Assembly: GCA_034440375.1 (NCBI GenBank)
Contig: JAWXBZ010000228.1
Coordinates: 1 to 10,224 of the forward strand
DNA: 10,224 nt
DNA from: Candidatus Eiseniibacteriota bacterium
Lineage (GTDB): Bacteria > Eisenbacteria > RBG-16-71-46 > JABDJR01 > JAWXBZ01
Direction: 5' to 3'
In this document: in pieces, positions 1-6,622 of the stretch
How positions within the stretch are numbered: position 1 is the stretch's first letter
Layout: the number at the start of each line of letters is the position of its first letter
Notes under the pieces: generated by a model
Database searches by the model: none
What the model saw: only the letters and a program-made list of their open reading frames with translations
Told to the model about the DNA's origin: nothing
Translations under genes and position numbers: made by a program

Positions 1-27
1 CAATCGCTTGACGGGTCGAATGGACAT
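1..27 (-). CDS. N-terminus of a probable pirin-family protein (partial, runs off left edge)
   Basis: Minus strand reads GGAGG-TGTCC-ATG TCC ATT CGA CCC GTC AAG CGA TTG (MSIRPVKRL). Good RBS, and I recall MSIRPVKR as a typical pirin N-terminus. Only 9 codons are visible. Confidence 0.55.
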
Positions 28-70
28 GGACACCTCCGGTTTGGATTCGTGATGACAACCGGGGCCAACA

Positions 71-1339
71 TTACACCCGTGGAGGAGGGGAGCTCCCCCT
101 TCCCAGGATCAGCCGAACCCCTTTTTGATAAGTCAAATACTCCCATCCCCACTCCAGAAACACGGCCACGCGGTTTCGGAAGCCTGCCAGGTACATGATG
201 TGGATGAAGAGCCACAGGAGCCAGGCAAACCACCCGCTGAAGCGGATGAAGCCAAGATCGGCCACCGCGCTGTGCCGGCCGATGGTGGCCATGTCTCCCT
301 TGTTCCAGTAGCGGAAGGGCCGACGTTCGCGGCCGGCCAGCGTCCGTCGGATGTTGTCCGCCGCCCGGGCGCCCCCCTGCATGGCCCCCTGACAAACGCC
401 CGGCACCGGCCGCCCGTTCCCCTGACGCGTGGCGGCGATGTCGCCGATCACGAAAATATCCGGCCGCCCGGGCAGCGACAGGTCTGGCTCCACGTCGATC
501 TGCCCGTTCGGCCGCGTGGGCACGCCCAGCATTTTCGACAGGGGGGAGGCGGCGTTGCCCGCCGCCCAGAACACCGTCCTCGTCGCAATCGTTTCCTCGC
601 CCAGCCGCGCCGACTCCGGGGTGATGTCGCTCACCAGCGTATTCAACCGGATCTCGACACCCATTTGTTCCAGGTCACGCCGCGCCGCCTCCGCCAGATC
701 CTCGGGAAAATTGGCGAGCAGGCGCGCTCCACCTTCCACGAGGAGGATCCGCGTGGCTGCGGTGTCGATCCGGCGAAAGTCCGGGCGCAGCGCCTTCCGG
801 GCCATCGTTATCATGATTCCCGCCAGTTCGACACCGGTCGGCCCGCCGCCGACAATGACGATGGTCTGCCAGGCCCGTCGCGCCGCCTCGTCCAGGGTCA
901 GTTCCGCCTGCTCGAATGCCATCAGGAAGCGCGAGCGCATCTCGAGCGCATCCTCCAGCGTCTTCAGCCCCGGCGCGCGCGGCTCCCATTCGCCATGCCC
1001 GAAGTAGGCGTGGCGCGATCCCGCCGCCAGGACCAGGAAATCCCATGGTTCACGGCGGATCCCGCCGTCAATCTCAACCGTATGCCCCACGGTGTCGATG
1101 CCCGTCACGTCGCCAAGCAGGACGCTCGTGTTCTTCTGCCGGCGCAGATACCAGCGGATCGGCACGGCAATGTCGCTCGGGGCCAGCGTGCCCGAGGCCA
1201 CCTGGTACAGAAGAGGCTGAAAGACGAAGTGATTGCTGCGATCGATGACCATGATGTCGACATCGGCCCCGGCCAACCCCTGCGCGACAGCGATTCCGCC
1301 GAAACCCCCGCCAATGATGACGACGCGCGGGCGGCTCAT
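71..1339 (-). CDS. ndh: NAD(P)/FAD-dependent oxidoreductase, type II NADH dehydrogenase (NDH-2) family
   Basis: Two Rossmann motifs (VVIIGGGFGG, IVIVGGGPTGVE), FQPLLYQVA, VIGD and the NDH-2 C-terminal KGDMATIGR..WLFIHIMYL. Start set at MSRPRVV (ATG 1339), which overlaps the upstream regulator's stop as ATGA (1336-1339). Confidence 0.9.
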   Translation of the reverse strand: MSRPRVVIIGGGFGGIAVAQGLAGADVDIMVIDRSNHFVFQPLLYQVASGTLAPSDIAVPIRWYLRRQKNTSVLLGDVTGIDTVGHTVEIDGGIRREPWDFLVLAAGSRHAYFGHGEWEPRAPGLKTLEDALEMRSRFLMAFEQAELTLDEAARRAWQTIVIVGGGPTGVELAGIMITMARKALRPDFRRIDTAATRILLVEGGARLLANFPEDLAEAARRDLEQMGVEIRLNTLVSDITPESARLGEETIATRTVFWAAGNAASPLSKMLGVPTRPNGQIDVEPDLSLPGRPDIFVIGDIAATRQGNGRPVPGVCQGAMQGGARAADNIRRTLAGRERRPFRYWNKGDMATIGRHSAVADLGFIRFSGWFAWLLWLFIHIMYLAGFRNRVAVFLEWGWEYLTYQKGVRLILGRGSSPPPRV

Positions 1340-1720
1340 TCGGTCATCCGTCGTCGAATTCGCCGCCCGCACTCCATCGGGTCGAGGCACCGGCATGTCA
1401 GTGCCTCGGCGAGCAGTTTTCTCATGGTCTGCGCTCGTTCAATGGATTGATCGATCTCGACCATCTTGGCAGCGGCCAATTTTTTCAATCGCGGTGAGAG
1501 CGACGACTTTACCGGGCGGGCGGTCAGCGTGCGGATTTCGGCAATTGTGAAGCCGCTTTCCCGCGCGAACTGGACGAATGCGATCTGGTTCAGGCAATCC
1601 TCGTCGTAGACACGCCGACCGCCGGCTCGAGGCGGTTTCGGGAGCAGCCCGGCACTTTCGTAGCAGGCGAATAGTCGATGCCGGCAAGCCGCTGCGGCCG
1701 GCGATGTCACCAATCGTCAT
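1336..1720 (-). pseudogene. MerR-family (SoxR-like) transcriptional regulator with a +1 frameshift
   Basis: ATG 1720 gives MTIGDIAGRSGLPASTIR; a second frame continues CYESAGLLPKPPRAGGRRVY...ARESGFTIAEIR...CRCLDPMECG. The junction reads ATT CGC C TGC TAC GAA, one extra base at about 1666-1667. Confidence 0.85.
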
Positions 1721-1730
1721 GATTTGCTCC

Positions 1731-1754
1731 TTGACTTAAAGTGAACTTTAAGTC
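1731..1754 (+). promoter_or_regulatory. SoxR/MerR-type operator overlapping a -35 hexamer
   Basis: Perfect inverted repeat GACTTAAAGT-GA-ACTTTAAGTC (1733-1754) overlapping TTGACT (1731-1736), 12 bp upstream of the regulator start. It resembles the SoxR box CCTCAAGTTAACTTGAGG. The -10 at 19-bp spacing (TGGACC) is poor. Confidence 0.75.
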
Positions 1755-1802
1755 CTGGACCTGGAAAACACCAACGATGATTCCGAAGTCCACCAACGGG
1801 GA

Positions 1803-1852
1803 CGCCCGTGGGTCAAGGAGATGATCCTGGCCGACCTGGAAACCAGATAGGT
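1803..1852 (+). pseudogene. Possible eroded VOC/glyoxalase-family C-terminal fragment
   Basis: One frame reads RPWVKEMILAD and an adjacent frame GNQIG, together resembling the VOC motif PWGxxExxxxDPDGNxI. Very short and frame-disrupted. Confidence 0.3.
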
Positions 1853-1996
1853 CGATCGCCCGGTACGACCCGCCCGGGAGGGCCGCTGGAATACCGGCCC
1901 CTTGAACTGTATTCTCCCCCCGGATTTCATCGAACGATTTCGCGCCGCCGGCGCAGCCACCCAACCACACCGGCCAGGGGCCACCAGGGGGAGATC

Positions 1997-2194
1997 ATGA
2001 GCGAAGATGATGTGATGGTCGTCGTATCCAAGCTGAAGAACTACATCCGCGCCAAGTCTGAAATGAACACGGCTGCCAACGTGGCACCGAAGATTTCCGA
2101 GCTGGTCCGCTCCCTCTGCGACCAGGCCATCGAGCGCGCCAAGAGCGACGGCCGCAAGACCGTCATGGACCGCGATTTCGAGGCGCGCGGGTAG
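1997..2194 (+). CDS. Bacterial histone-fold protein (Bd0055/HBb-like single histone), 65 aa
   Basis: RBS GGGGAG upstream of ATG 1997. MSEDDVMVVVSKLKNYIRAKSEMNTAANVAPKISELVRSLCDQAIERAKSDGRKTVMDRDFEARG contains VVxSKxK..I..K..MNT, LC..A.E.AK and the histone L2/alpha3 signature DGRKTVMxRD. The longer 1808 start in the ORF track is probably spurious. Confidence 0.9.
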   Translation: MSEDDVMVVVSKLKNYIRAKSEMNTAANVAPKISELVRSLCDQAIERAKSDGRKTVMDRDFEARG

Positions 2195-2216
2195 GGTAGT
2201 CTCCGAGGAGACAACC
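2191..2216 (+). repeat. GTAG-type REP-like hairpin
   Basis: GTAG (overlapping the histone stop) followed by GGTAGTCTCC-GA-GGAGACAACC, a palindrome with a single A-A mismatch. Confidence 0.35.
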
Positions 2217-2255
2217 GCCGGGGCACGTCCCTGGCGAGATGCCGTTGCCAACCGA

Positions 2256-2283
2256 CCGGGCGGGGATTGGATACCCCGCCCGG
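2256..2283. terminator. GC-rich hairpin between convergent genes (terminator or REP-like)
   Basis: CCGGGCGGGG-ATTGGATA-CCCCGCCCGG, perfect 10-bp stem; no clear U-tract on either side. Confidence 0.4.
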
Positions 2284-2306
2284 CACGGTCGGCAAACTTT
2301 GGTGCC

Positions 2307-2590
2307 TTACCCCTTGGTCCCCGCGACATCCAGGTGAACTCGAGGCGCCGGTTCGCGTCGATGGCCAGGTATCGCCCGTAGTGGGGGTAGGTGTGCTCCA
2401 GGTACACCATGTCGAGGTAGAAGAGGCCGTCGACCTGCGGTTGCAGTATGGCCCGGCCACCATTGGCCACCCACGCGGCGGCTTCCTTCGGGTCGGTCCA
2501 CGCCTTGAAGACACGTTTCGGGCTTGCGTGCAGGAAGCGGGGCACGTCGCAGGCAAAGGGGCCACGGGCGTCTGGATTCAGAGTTGTTAT
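2307..2590 (-). pseudogene. SRPBCC/AHSA1 (START-like) domain protein, start codon lost and C-terminally truncated
   Basis: Reads RFLHASPKRVFKAWTDP..AAW...HYGRYLAIDANRRLEFTWMS, typical of SRPBCC. Strong RBS AAGGAGG is followed by ATA (2590-2588) rather than ATG. Family-like sequence stops after WMS(x)GTKG at about 2307; the final strands and helix are absent. Confidence 0.75.
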
Positions 2591-2922
2591 GAGTTGTCCT
2601 CCTTGGATGCTTTGAGATGGTCCTCGAGGGCGTCGAGGCGATCGGACCAGAACCGATGAAACTTGCCGGACCATGCGTGAAGCTGCCTCAACGGTTCAGG
2701 CTTGAGACTCAGCACGTGCTCGCGCCCTGAACGGGTGCGTGATATCAAACCAGCTCCTTCCAGCACTTTGAGGTGCTTCGACACCCCGTTCAGCGACATG
2801 TCAAAGGGCGCCGCCAGATCGGTGACGCAGGCCGGCCCACGGGTCAGCCGTTCCACGATCCGTCGGCGCGCCGGATGCGCCAGTGCCGCCAGGGCTCGGT
2901 CGAAGCGTGCGGTCGTTGCCAT
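2587..2922 (-). CDS. ArsR/SmtB-family transcriptional regulator
   Basis: ALAHPARRRIVERL..GPACVTDLAAPFDMSLNGVSKHLKVLEGAGLISR..GRE, with C-terminal FWSDRLDALEDHL typical of SRPBCC-linked ArsR proteins. Confidence 0.92.
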   Translation of the reverse strand: MATTARFDRALAALAHPARRRIVERLTRGPACVTDLAAPFDMSLNGVSKHLKVLEGAGLISRTRSGREHVLSLKPEPLRQLHAWSGKFHRFWSDRLDALEDHLKASKEDNS

Positions 2923-2928
2923 GAATAC

Positions 2929-2948
2929 ATTCAACCATATGGTTGAAT
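2929..2948. promoter_or_regulatory. ArsR autoregulatory operator
   Basis: Perfect 20-bp palindrome ATTCAACCATATGGTTGAAT, 6 bp upstream of the arsR start; a minus-strand TATATT -10 overlaps its outer edge. Confidence 0.8.
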
Positions 2949-3009
2949 ATAAGCGCAAGCGAAATCGGATACCCTTCGCCCCATGCCACCCTGGCCGGAA
3001 GCGATCCCC

Positions 3010-3537
3010 ATGCTGAAATTCGCCGCCATCGACTTCGAAACCGCCGACAACGGCCGGGACAGCGCCTGCGCCCTGGCCATCGTGCGGGTTCAGGGGCAAC
3101 AGGTCATCCAGACCAGCACCCGGCTGATCCGGCCACCGCGCCGGGACATCTTCTACTCGTATATCCACGGGATTACCTGGGCCGACGTGGCCGATCAGCC
3201 GACCTTTCGCGAGCAGTGGCCGGCCATCCAGGAGGAACTGGCCGACCTCGATTTCCTGGTGGCCCACAACGCTCCTTTCGATCGGTCGGTTCTTTACGGC
3301 TGCTGCGAAAAGGCCGGTTACGAGCCGCCGCCGCACCCTTTTCACTGCACGGTCCGGGTGGCCCGCCAGACCTGGAAACTGTCATCCAACAGCCTGCCGA
3401 TTGTAAGTGCCCACCTCGGCATCCCGCTGAAACATCACGACCCGACCTCGGATGCCATGGCCTGCGCCCGCATCCTGCTGGCGGCGCTGGAGCGGGGAGA
3501 GGCGCTGCCGCCGTTTCTCAGGGCGCCGCGGCGGTAG
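3010..3537 (+). CDS. DEDDh 3'-5' exonuclease (DnaQ/epsilon-like, stand-alone)
   Basis: ExoI AIDFET, IHGIT, ExoII VAHNAPFD and ExoIII HDPTSDA (HxxxxD) all intact. Confidence 0.9.
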   Translation: MLKFAAIDFETADNGRDSACALAIVRVQGQQVIQTSTRLIRPPRRDIFYSYIHGITWADVADQPTFREQWPAIQEELADLDFLVAHNAPFDRSVLYGCCEKAGYEPPPHPFHCTVRVARQTWKLSSNSLPIVSAHLGIPLKHHDPTSDAMACARILLAALERGEALPPFLRAPRR

Positions 3538-4005
3538 GTGCGGGCGGAGCGGTCAATTGATACCTCTACGTTGAGCAGCGCCACGCTTCCGGCCGGCACC
3601 GTCGTGCCCATCACCGTGTCTTTTCATGCGCTTGGCACGCTGCGCCCGGGATTCATTTGCTACGGGCTTCGCGACGGATCCGTTCGTGGTGCCGGAACCA
3701 AGCCGCGTCGGAGGCGGGATCGGACCCAACAATGGCGCTCAGGTTTATCATCCGCATTACTCGGCCAGCGGCGCGGACATCCCCCTGGATCTCCTGGCGA
3801 CGATGACCATGAATGTCACGATCGGCACGCCGTTCGTAACTTCGCGAACAGGCGGCGAACAGGCCAATACATGGTGGCCATAAGCCTTCAAATAGGGAAT
3901 CGAGCCCTTCCACCATCCGCGGAGGGGCACCCCACCCATCTCAGGTTTCGGATGTCTCATGGACAACTCAAGAACTTTCAGCCATGACCAAAGTCTGTGG
4001 TGCAC

Positions 4006-4440
4006 TCAATTCCGCGGGGCCGGGCGGCTTTCAGGGTCTTTCTTCGAAGGCAAGGCATCCGTCTGTCCGCGCGACTCGACTTCGGCGATCGCCAACCGCT
4101 CTTCCTTGATCTCCAGGCGCAACCGGCCAAAGAGATTCATGTAAATGTTGGCCATCCAGACCAGTGAAAATCCTGCGATCAGATAGCCTCGCCAATCATC
4201 GAACAGCAGTTTGTAATCGGTGATGAACAGGAAGAAGACGGTGACGTAGTGACTGAAGCAATACTCGCACGTGAACAAGTAGAAGAACTTGCGCGCGAAC
4301 AGCCGCCGGCACGATTTATTCTTCGCAATACACCACTCGCGAGGCTCTCGAAAGATCTCCTCGTGCGTCACGGTCCACGCAATGGCAGCAATCGGCAACG
4401 GCAGCACAAATAACAAAACGAGCTGGCGATCCAACGTCAT
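4006..4440 (-). CDS. Small membrane protein with CxxC (FTCEYCFSHY), possibly DUF1360-like
   Basis: GGAG RBS 7 nt before ATG 4440; three hydrophobic segments; the region is visibly more AT-rich than its flanks. Confidence 0.7.
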   Translation of the reverse strand: MTLDRQLVLLFVLPLPIAAIAWTVTHEEIFREPREWCIAKNKSCRRLFARKFFYLFTCEYCFSHYVTVFFLFITDYKLLFDDWRGYLIAGFSLVWMANIYMNLFGRLRLEIKEERLAIAEVESRGQTDALPSKKDPESRPAPRN

Positions 4441-4478
4441 ATTTCGACTCCGTTGCTCCAATAAGACAACACACTGTC

Positions 4479-4493
4479 GCACAAGATGCGCCA
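4479..4493 (-). promoter_or_regulatory. Candidate sigma-54 (-24/-12) promoter
   Basis: Minus strand TGGCGCATCTTGTGC has the GG-N10-GC spacing of TGGCACGNNNNTTGC, 38 bp upstream of ATG 4440. Confidence 0.4.
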
Positions 4494-4503
4494 CTCCCCC
4501 ATT

Positions 4504-5205
4504 TCATGCCTCCCCCGGAAAAGCCGGAACAAACACCGTACAGTGACCCGGTACCTCCTCCGGCCGAACCCCAAGTTCGCTCCAGACCGAAGTCAGGAAG
4601 GCGCCCCACTGCTCTCGCGAGGTGGGGCGGTAAGGGTCGTTTACAAAGTAGACATCCGCGAGCCAGGCCGGGACGCGCATCACCTCACGGAAGAAGTGGA
4701 GATGGGCCAGTCGGTTCGCCGATTGATAGAGGCGTCCCTCCCAATCCGGCGTGCCGGAGGCCCCGAGGCGATCGGCCGTGACCTTCAAGGCCAGGCGAAT
4801 CTTCTCCACAGATGCCGGCCCGGCTCCACACCCCGTGCCAAAGACTTCATCCAGGTGGCTCTTGGCTTCGACCATGATGACACCGTGATAGTCCGGGTCA
4901 TCCGGGCTTGAAATCACCGCCAACCCATCCCAGCAAGGGCCCAGTCGGGGCCAGAACCCGCCTACCAGCTCTCGCGTCAGATGACCGACGCCGAGTGCGT
5001 CCAGAAAGCGCTCGTCGCAGAACTCAGCATAGTCATCCGATTCCAGCGGCGACACCCACCAGATTCGGCCGCCCCCCGCCGGCCCATCCACCAGCGAAGC
5101 CAGGATGGCCTCATTGAGCCGATCCGGCCCCTCGTTCACGTACCGTTGAATCTGCAGCCGACTCCCTGCTCGAGCCAGACCCTTCGGGCACTCCCTTTTC
5201 GCCAT
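4504..5205 (-). CDS. Hypothetical protein with PD-(D/E)xK nuclease-like motifs
   Basis: 233 aa; FWPRLGPCWDGLA ... GVIMVEAKSH ... YQSANRLAHL provides the D ... ExK ... YQ arrangement of restriction-endonuclease-like folds. Confidence 0.7.
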   Translation of the reverse strand: MAKRECPKGLARAGSRLQIQRYVNEGPDRLNEAILASLVDGPAGGGRIWWVSPLESDDYAEFCDERFLDALGVGHLTRELVGGFWPRLGPCWDGLAVISSPDDPDYHGVIMVEAKSHLDEVFGTGCGAGPASVEKIRLALKVTADRLGASGTPDWEGRLYQSANRLAHLHFFREVMRVPAWLADVYFVNDPYRPTSREQWGAFLTSVWSELGVRPEEVPGHCTVFVPAFPGEA

Positions 5206-5211
5206 GACCGG

Positions 5212-5217
5212 ATTCTA
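5212..5217 (-). promoter_or_regulatory. -10 element placed for leaderless transcription
   Basis: TAGAAT-CCGGTC-ATG on the minus strand (6 nt between -10 and ATG 5205); no Shine-Dalgarno. Confidence 0.5.
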
Positions 5218-5353
5218 GCGCACGGGGATGTCGGCCTCGGGATCAGAATTAGCTGCAACCACGTCGACCTTCTCTTCGTACAAGCAATCAGCCGTCGAGG
5301 GTCACCCTCGCTTGATGAGTCTCACACACCCGCGCGTCGAGCGCACTGGAGCG

Positions 5354-6514
5354 ATGATGTCTGGTGGCGCCGAGCTGCACACCTGCCTGAAGAAGATCGA
5401 CCGCGCCGAGTGGGACGCCATCGTCCCGAACCAACGGTTGTTCCAAAGCTATGCGTTCCACCAGGCGCTCCACGAAGCCACCATCAACGACTGCGAGTAC
5501 CGGTACTTCGTGGTCCGCGGCGCCGCCGGCGAGATGCGGGCGCACGCCTCGTTCTATTCCATCTCGACCCCCCTCGACCTGTTTCTCCCCGGGCAGAGCG
5601 GGCTGGCGCGCCTGCTCAGTGGCCTCCGCTCGGTGCATTCCTCATTTCTCGACTTTCGCCTGGTCGAGTGCGGCAGCCCCACTGCGATTGGATACCCTGT
5701 CGCCTTCCGGCCCGATATTCCGAGCTCCGAGCGAACGACCATCTTCGCCGCGCTGACGGAGCAAATGGAGGCGTTCGCCAGGAAAAAACGCGCCGACCTG
5801 CTGGTGCTACGCGATTTCCGCGACGGCGAGCTGGAGGACATAGGTGGCCTGGTCGAGGCGGGTTTTCGGGGCGTTCCCAACCTGGAGGACTCGCGCCTCA
5901 ACCTGAGGTGGAAAAGCTTCGATGCCTACCTCGCATCGCTCAAGTCGCACTATCGACGGCAGGTTCGCCTCAACATGGCCAAGGCGCAACGCGCCGGCCT
6001 TCGTGCCGAACGCGTGTTTGACTTCTCCCCACACGCGGAAGAGTTCGCCCGCCTTTGGAGGCTGACCCACCAGCGCTCGAAGGAGTACCAGCGCGAGCGG
6101 CTGGGCGCTGACTACTTCCGGGCCATCGCCCGCAACCTGGGCGAAAAAGCCTTCGCCACGCTCTTTTGGCTGGGCAACACCCTGGTCGGCTTCAGCCTCT
6201 ACCTCGCCAACGATGACGTACTGGTGCCCAGCTACATCGGCATCGACTACGAAAAAAATGCCGAGGCGGCACTGGTCTTCAACGCCTACTACGACTGGAT
6301 TCGCACCGGCATCGAGCTCGGTTTCGCATCAGTCGAACTGGGCATCACGTCCTACGAGCCCAAGCGGAGGCTTGGCGCCGAACTGGAGCGGCTACATGTC
6401 CTCATTCGCCACCGGACGTCAGGCCTCACCCCGATGGTGGCGGCTCTCTACCGGCAGATGACGCCACGGCAGAGCGTGCTGGGCCGTCACGTCTTTGCGG
6501 CGTCGGGGGGCTGA
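5354..6514 (+). CDS. GNAT/FemAB-like two-domain acyl/aminoacyl transferase
   Basis: GGAG RBS before ATG ATG (5354/5357). Motifs LVECGSP, WKSFDAYLASLKSHYRRQVR, YIGIDYE and ELGITSYEPKRRLGA are characteristic of FemAB-like/GNAT proteins. Start could be 5228 or 5315. Confidence 0.8.
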   Translation: MMSGGAELHTCLKKIDRAEWDAIVPNQRLFQSYAFHQALHEATINDCEYRYFVVRGAAGEMRAHASFYSISTPLDLFLPGQSGLARLLSGLRSVHSSFLDFRLVECGSPTAIGYPVAFRPDIPSSERTTIFAALTEQMEAFARKKRADLLVLRDFRDGELEDIGGLVEAGFRGVPNLEDSRLNLRWKSFDAYLASLKSHYRRQVRLNMAKAQRAGLRAERVFDFSPHAEEFARLWRLTHQRSKEYQRERLGADYFRAIARNLGEKAFATLFWLGNTLVGFSLYLANDDVLVPSYIGIDYEKNAEAALVFNAYYDWIRTGIELGFASVELGITSYEPKRRLGAELERLHVLIRHRTSGLTPMVAALYRQMTPRQSVLGRHVFAASGG

Positions 6515-6622
6515 CCCTCAACCGTGGCTCGCTCTCGCATGAAAAACATGACCGGCATGAATCGGAACCGGTCGCCGCGCGCCCGACCGTAACCGGCGGG
6601 CACCGGACCAGCGTCCCGCGGG

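Noticed and set aside
125-1450. 441-aa + strand ORF
   Set aside because: Antisense shadow of ndh in GC-rich DNA; no recognisable motifs.
1808-1996. 63-aa N-terminal extension (tail) on the histone
   Set aside because: Low-complexity in-frame sequence with no RBS, while ATG 1997 has a good one; I do not treat it as a eukaryote-like histone tail.
1748-2674. 308-aa ORF read as an SRPBCC fusion protein
   Set aside because: Only about 2307-2590 is SRPBCC-like; the rest reads through hairpins and the antisense strand of the histone gene.
2923-3345. Long N-terminal extension of ArsR (252-aa ORF)
   Set aside because: Overlaps the operator palindrome and the antisense strand of the exonuclease.
3626-3883. 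VPEPS as a PEP-CTERM signal
   Set aside because: It is internal and lacks the following transmembrane helix and basic tail.
1997-5205. Histone, exonuclease, membrane protein and nuclease as one defence operon
   Set aside because: Mixed orientations, separate promoters and unrelated intervening genes; no evidence of linkage without comparative genomics.
4981-6021. 346-aa + strand ORF
   Set aside because: Arg/Pro-rich off-frame overlap of two better-supported genes.
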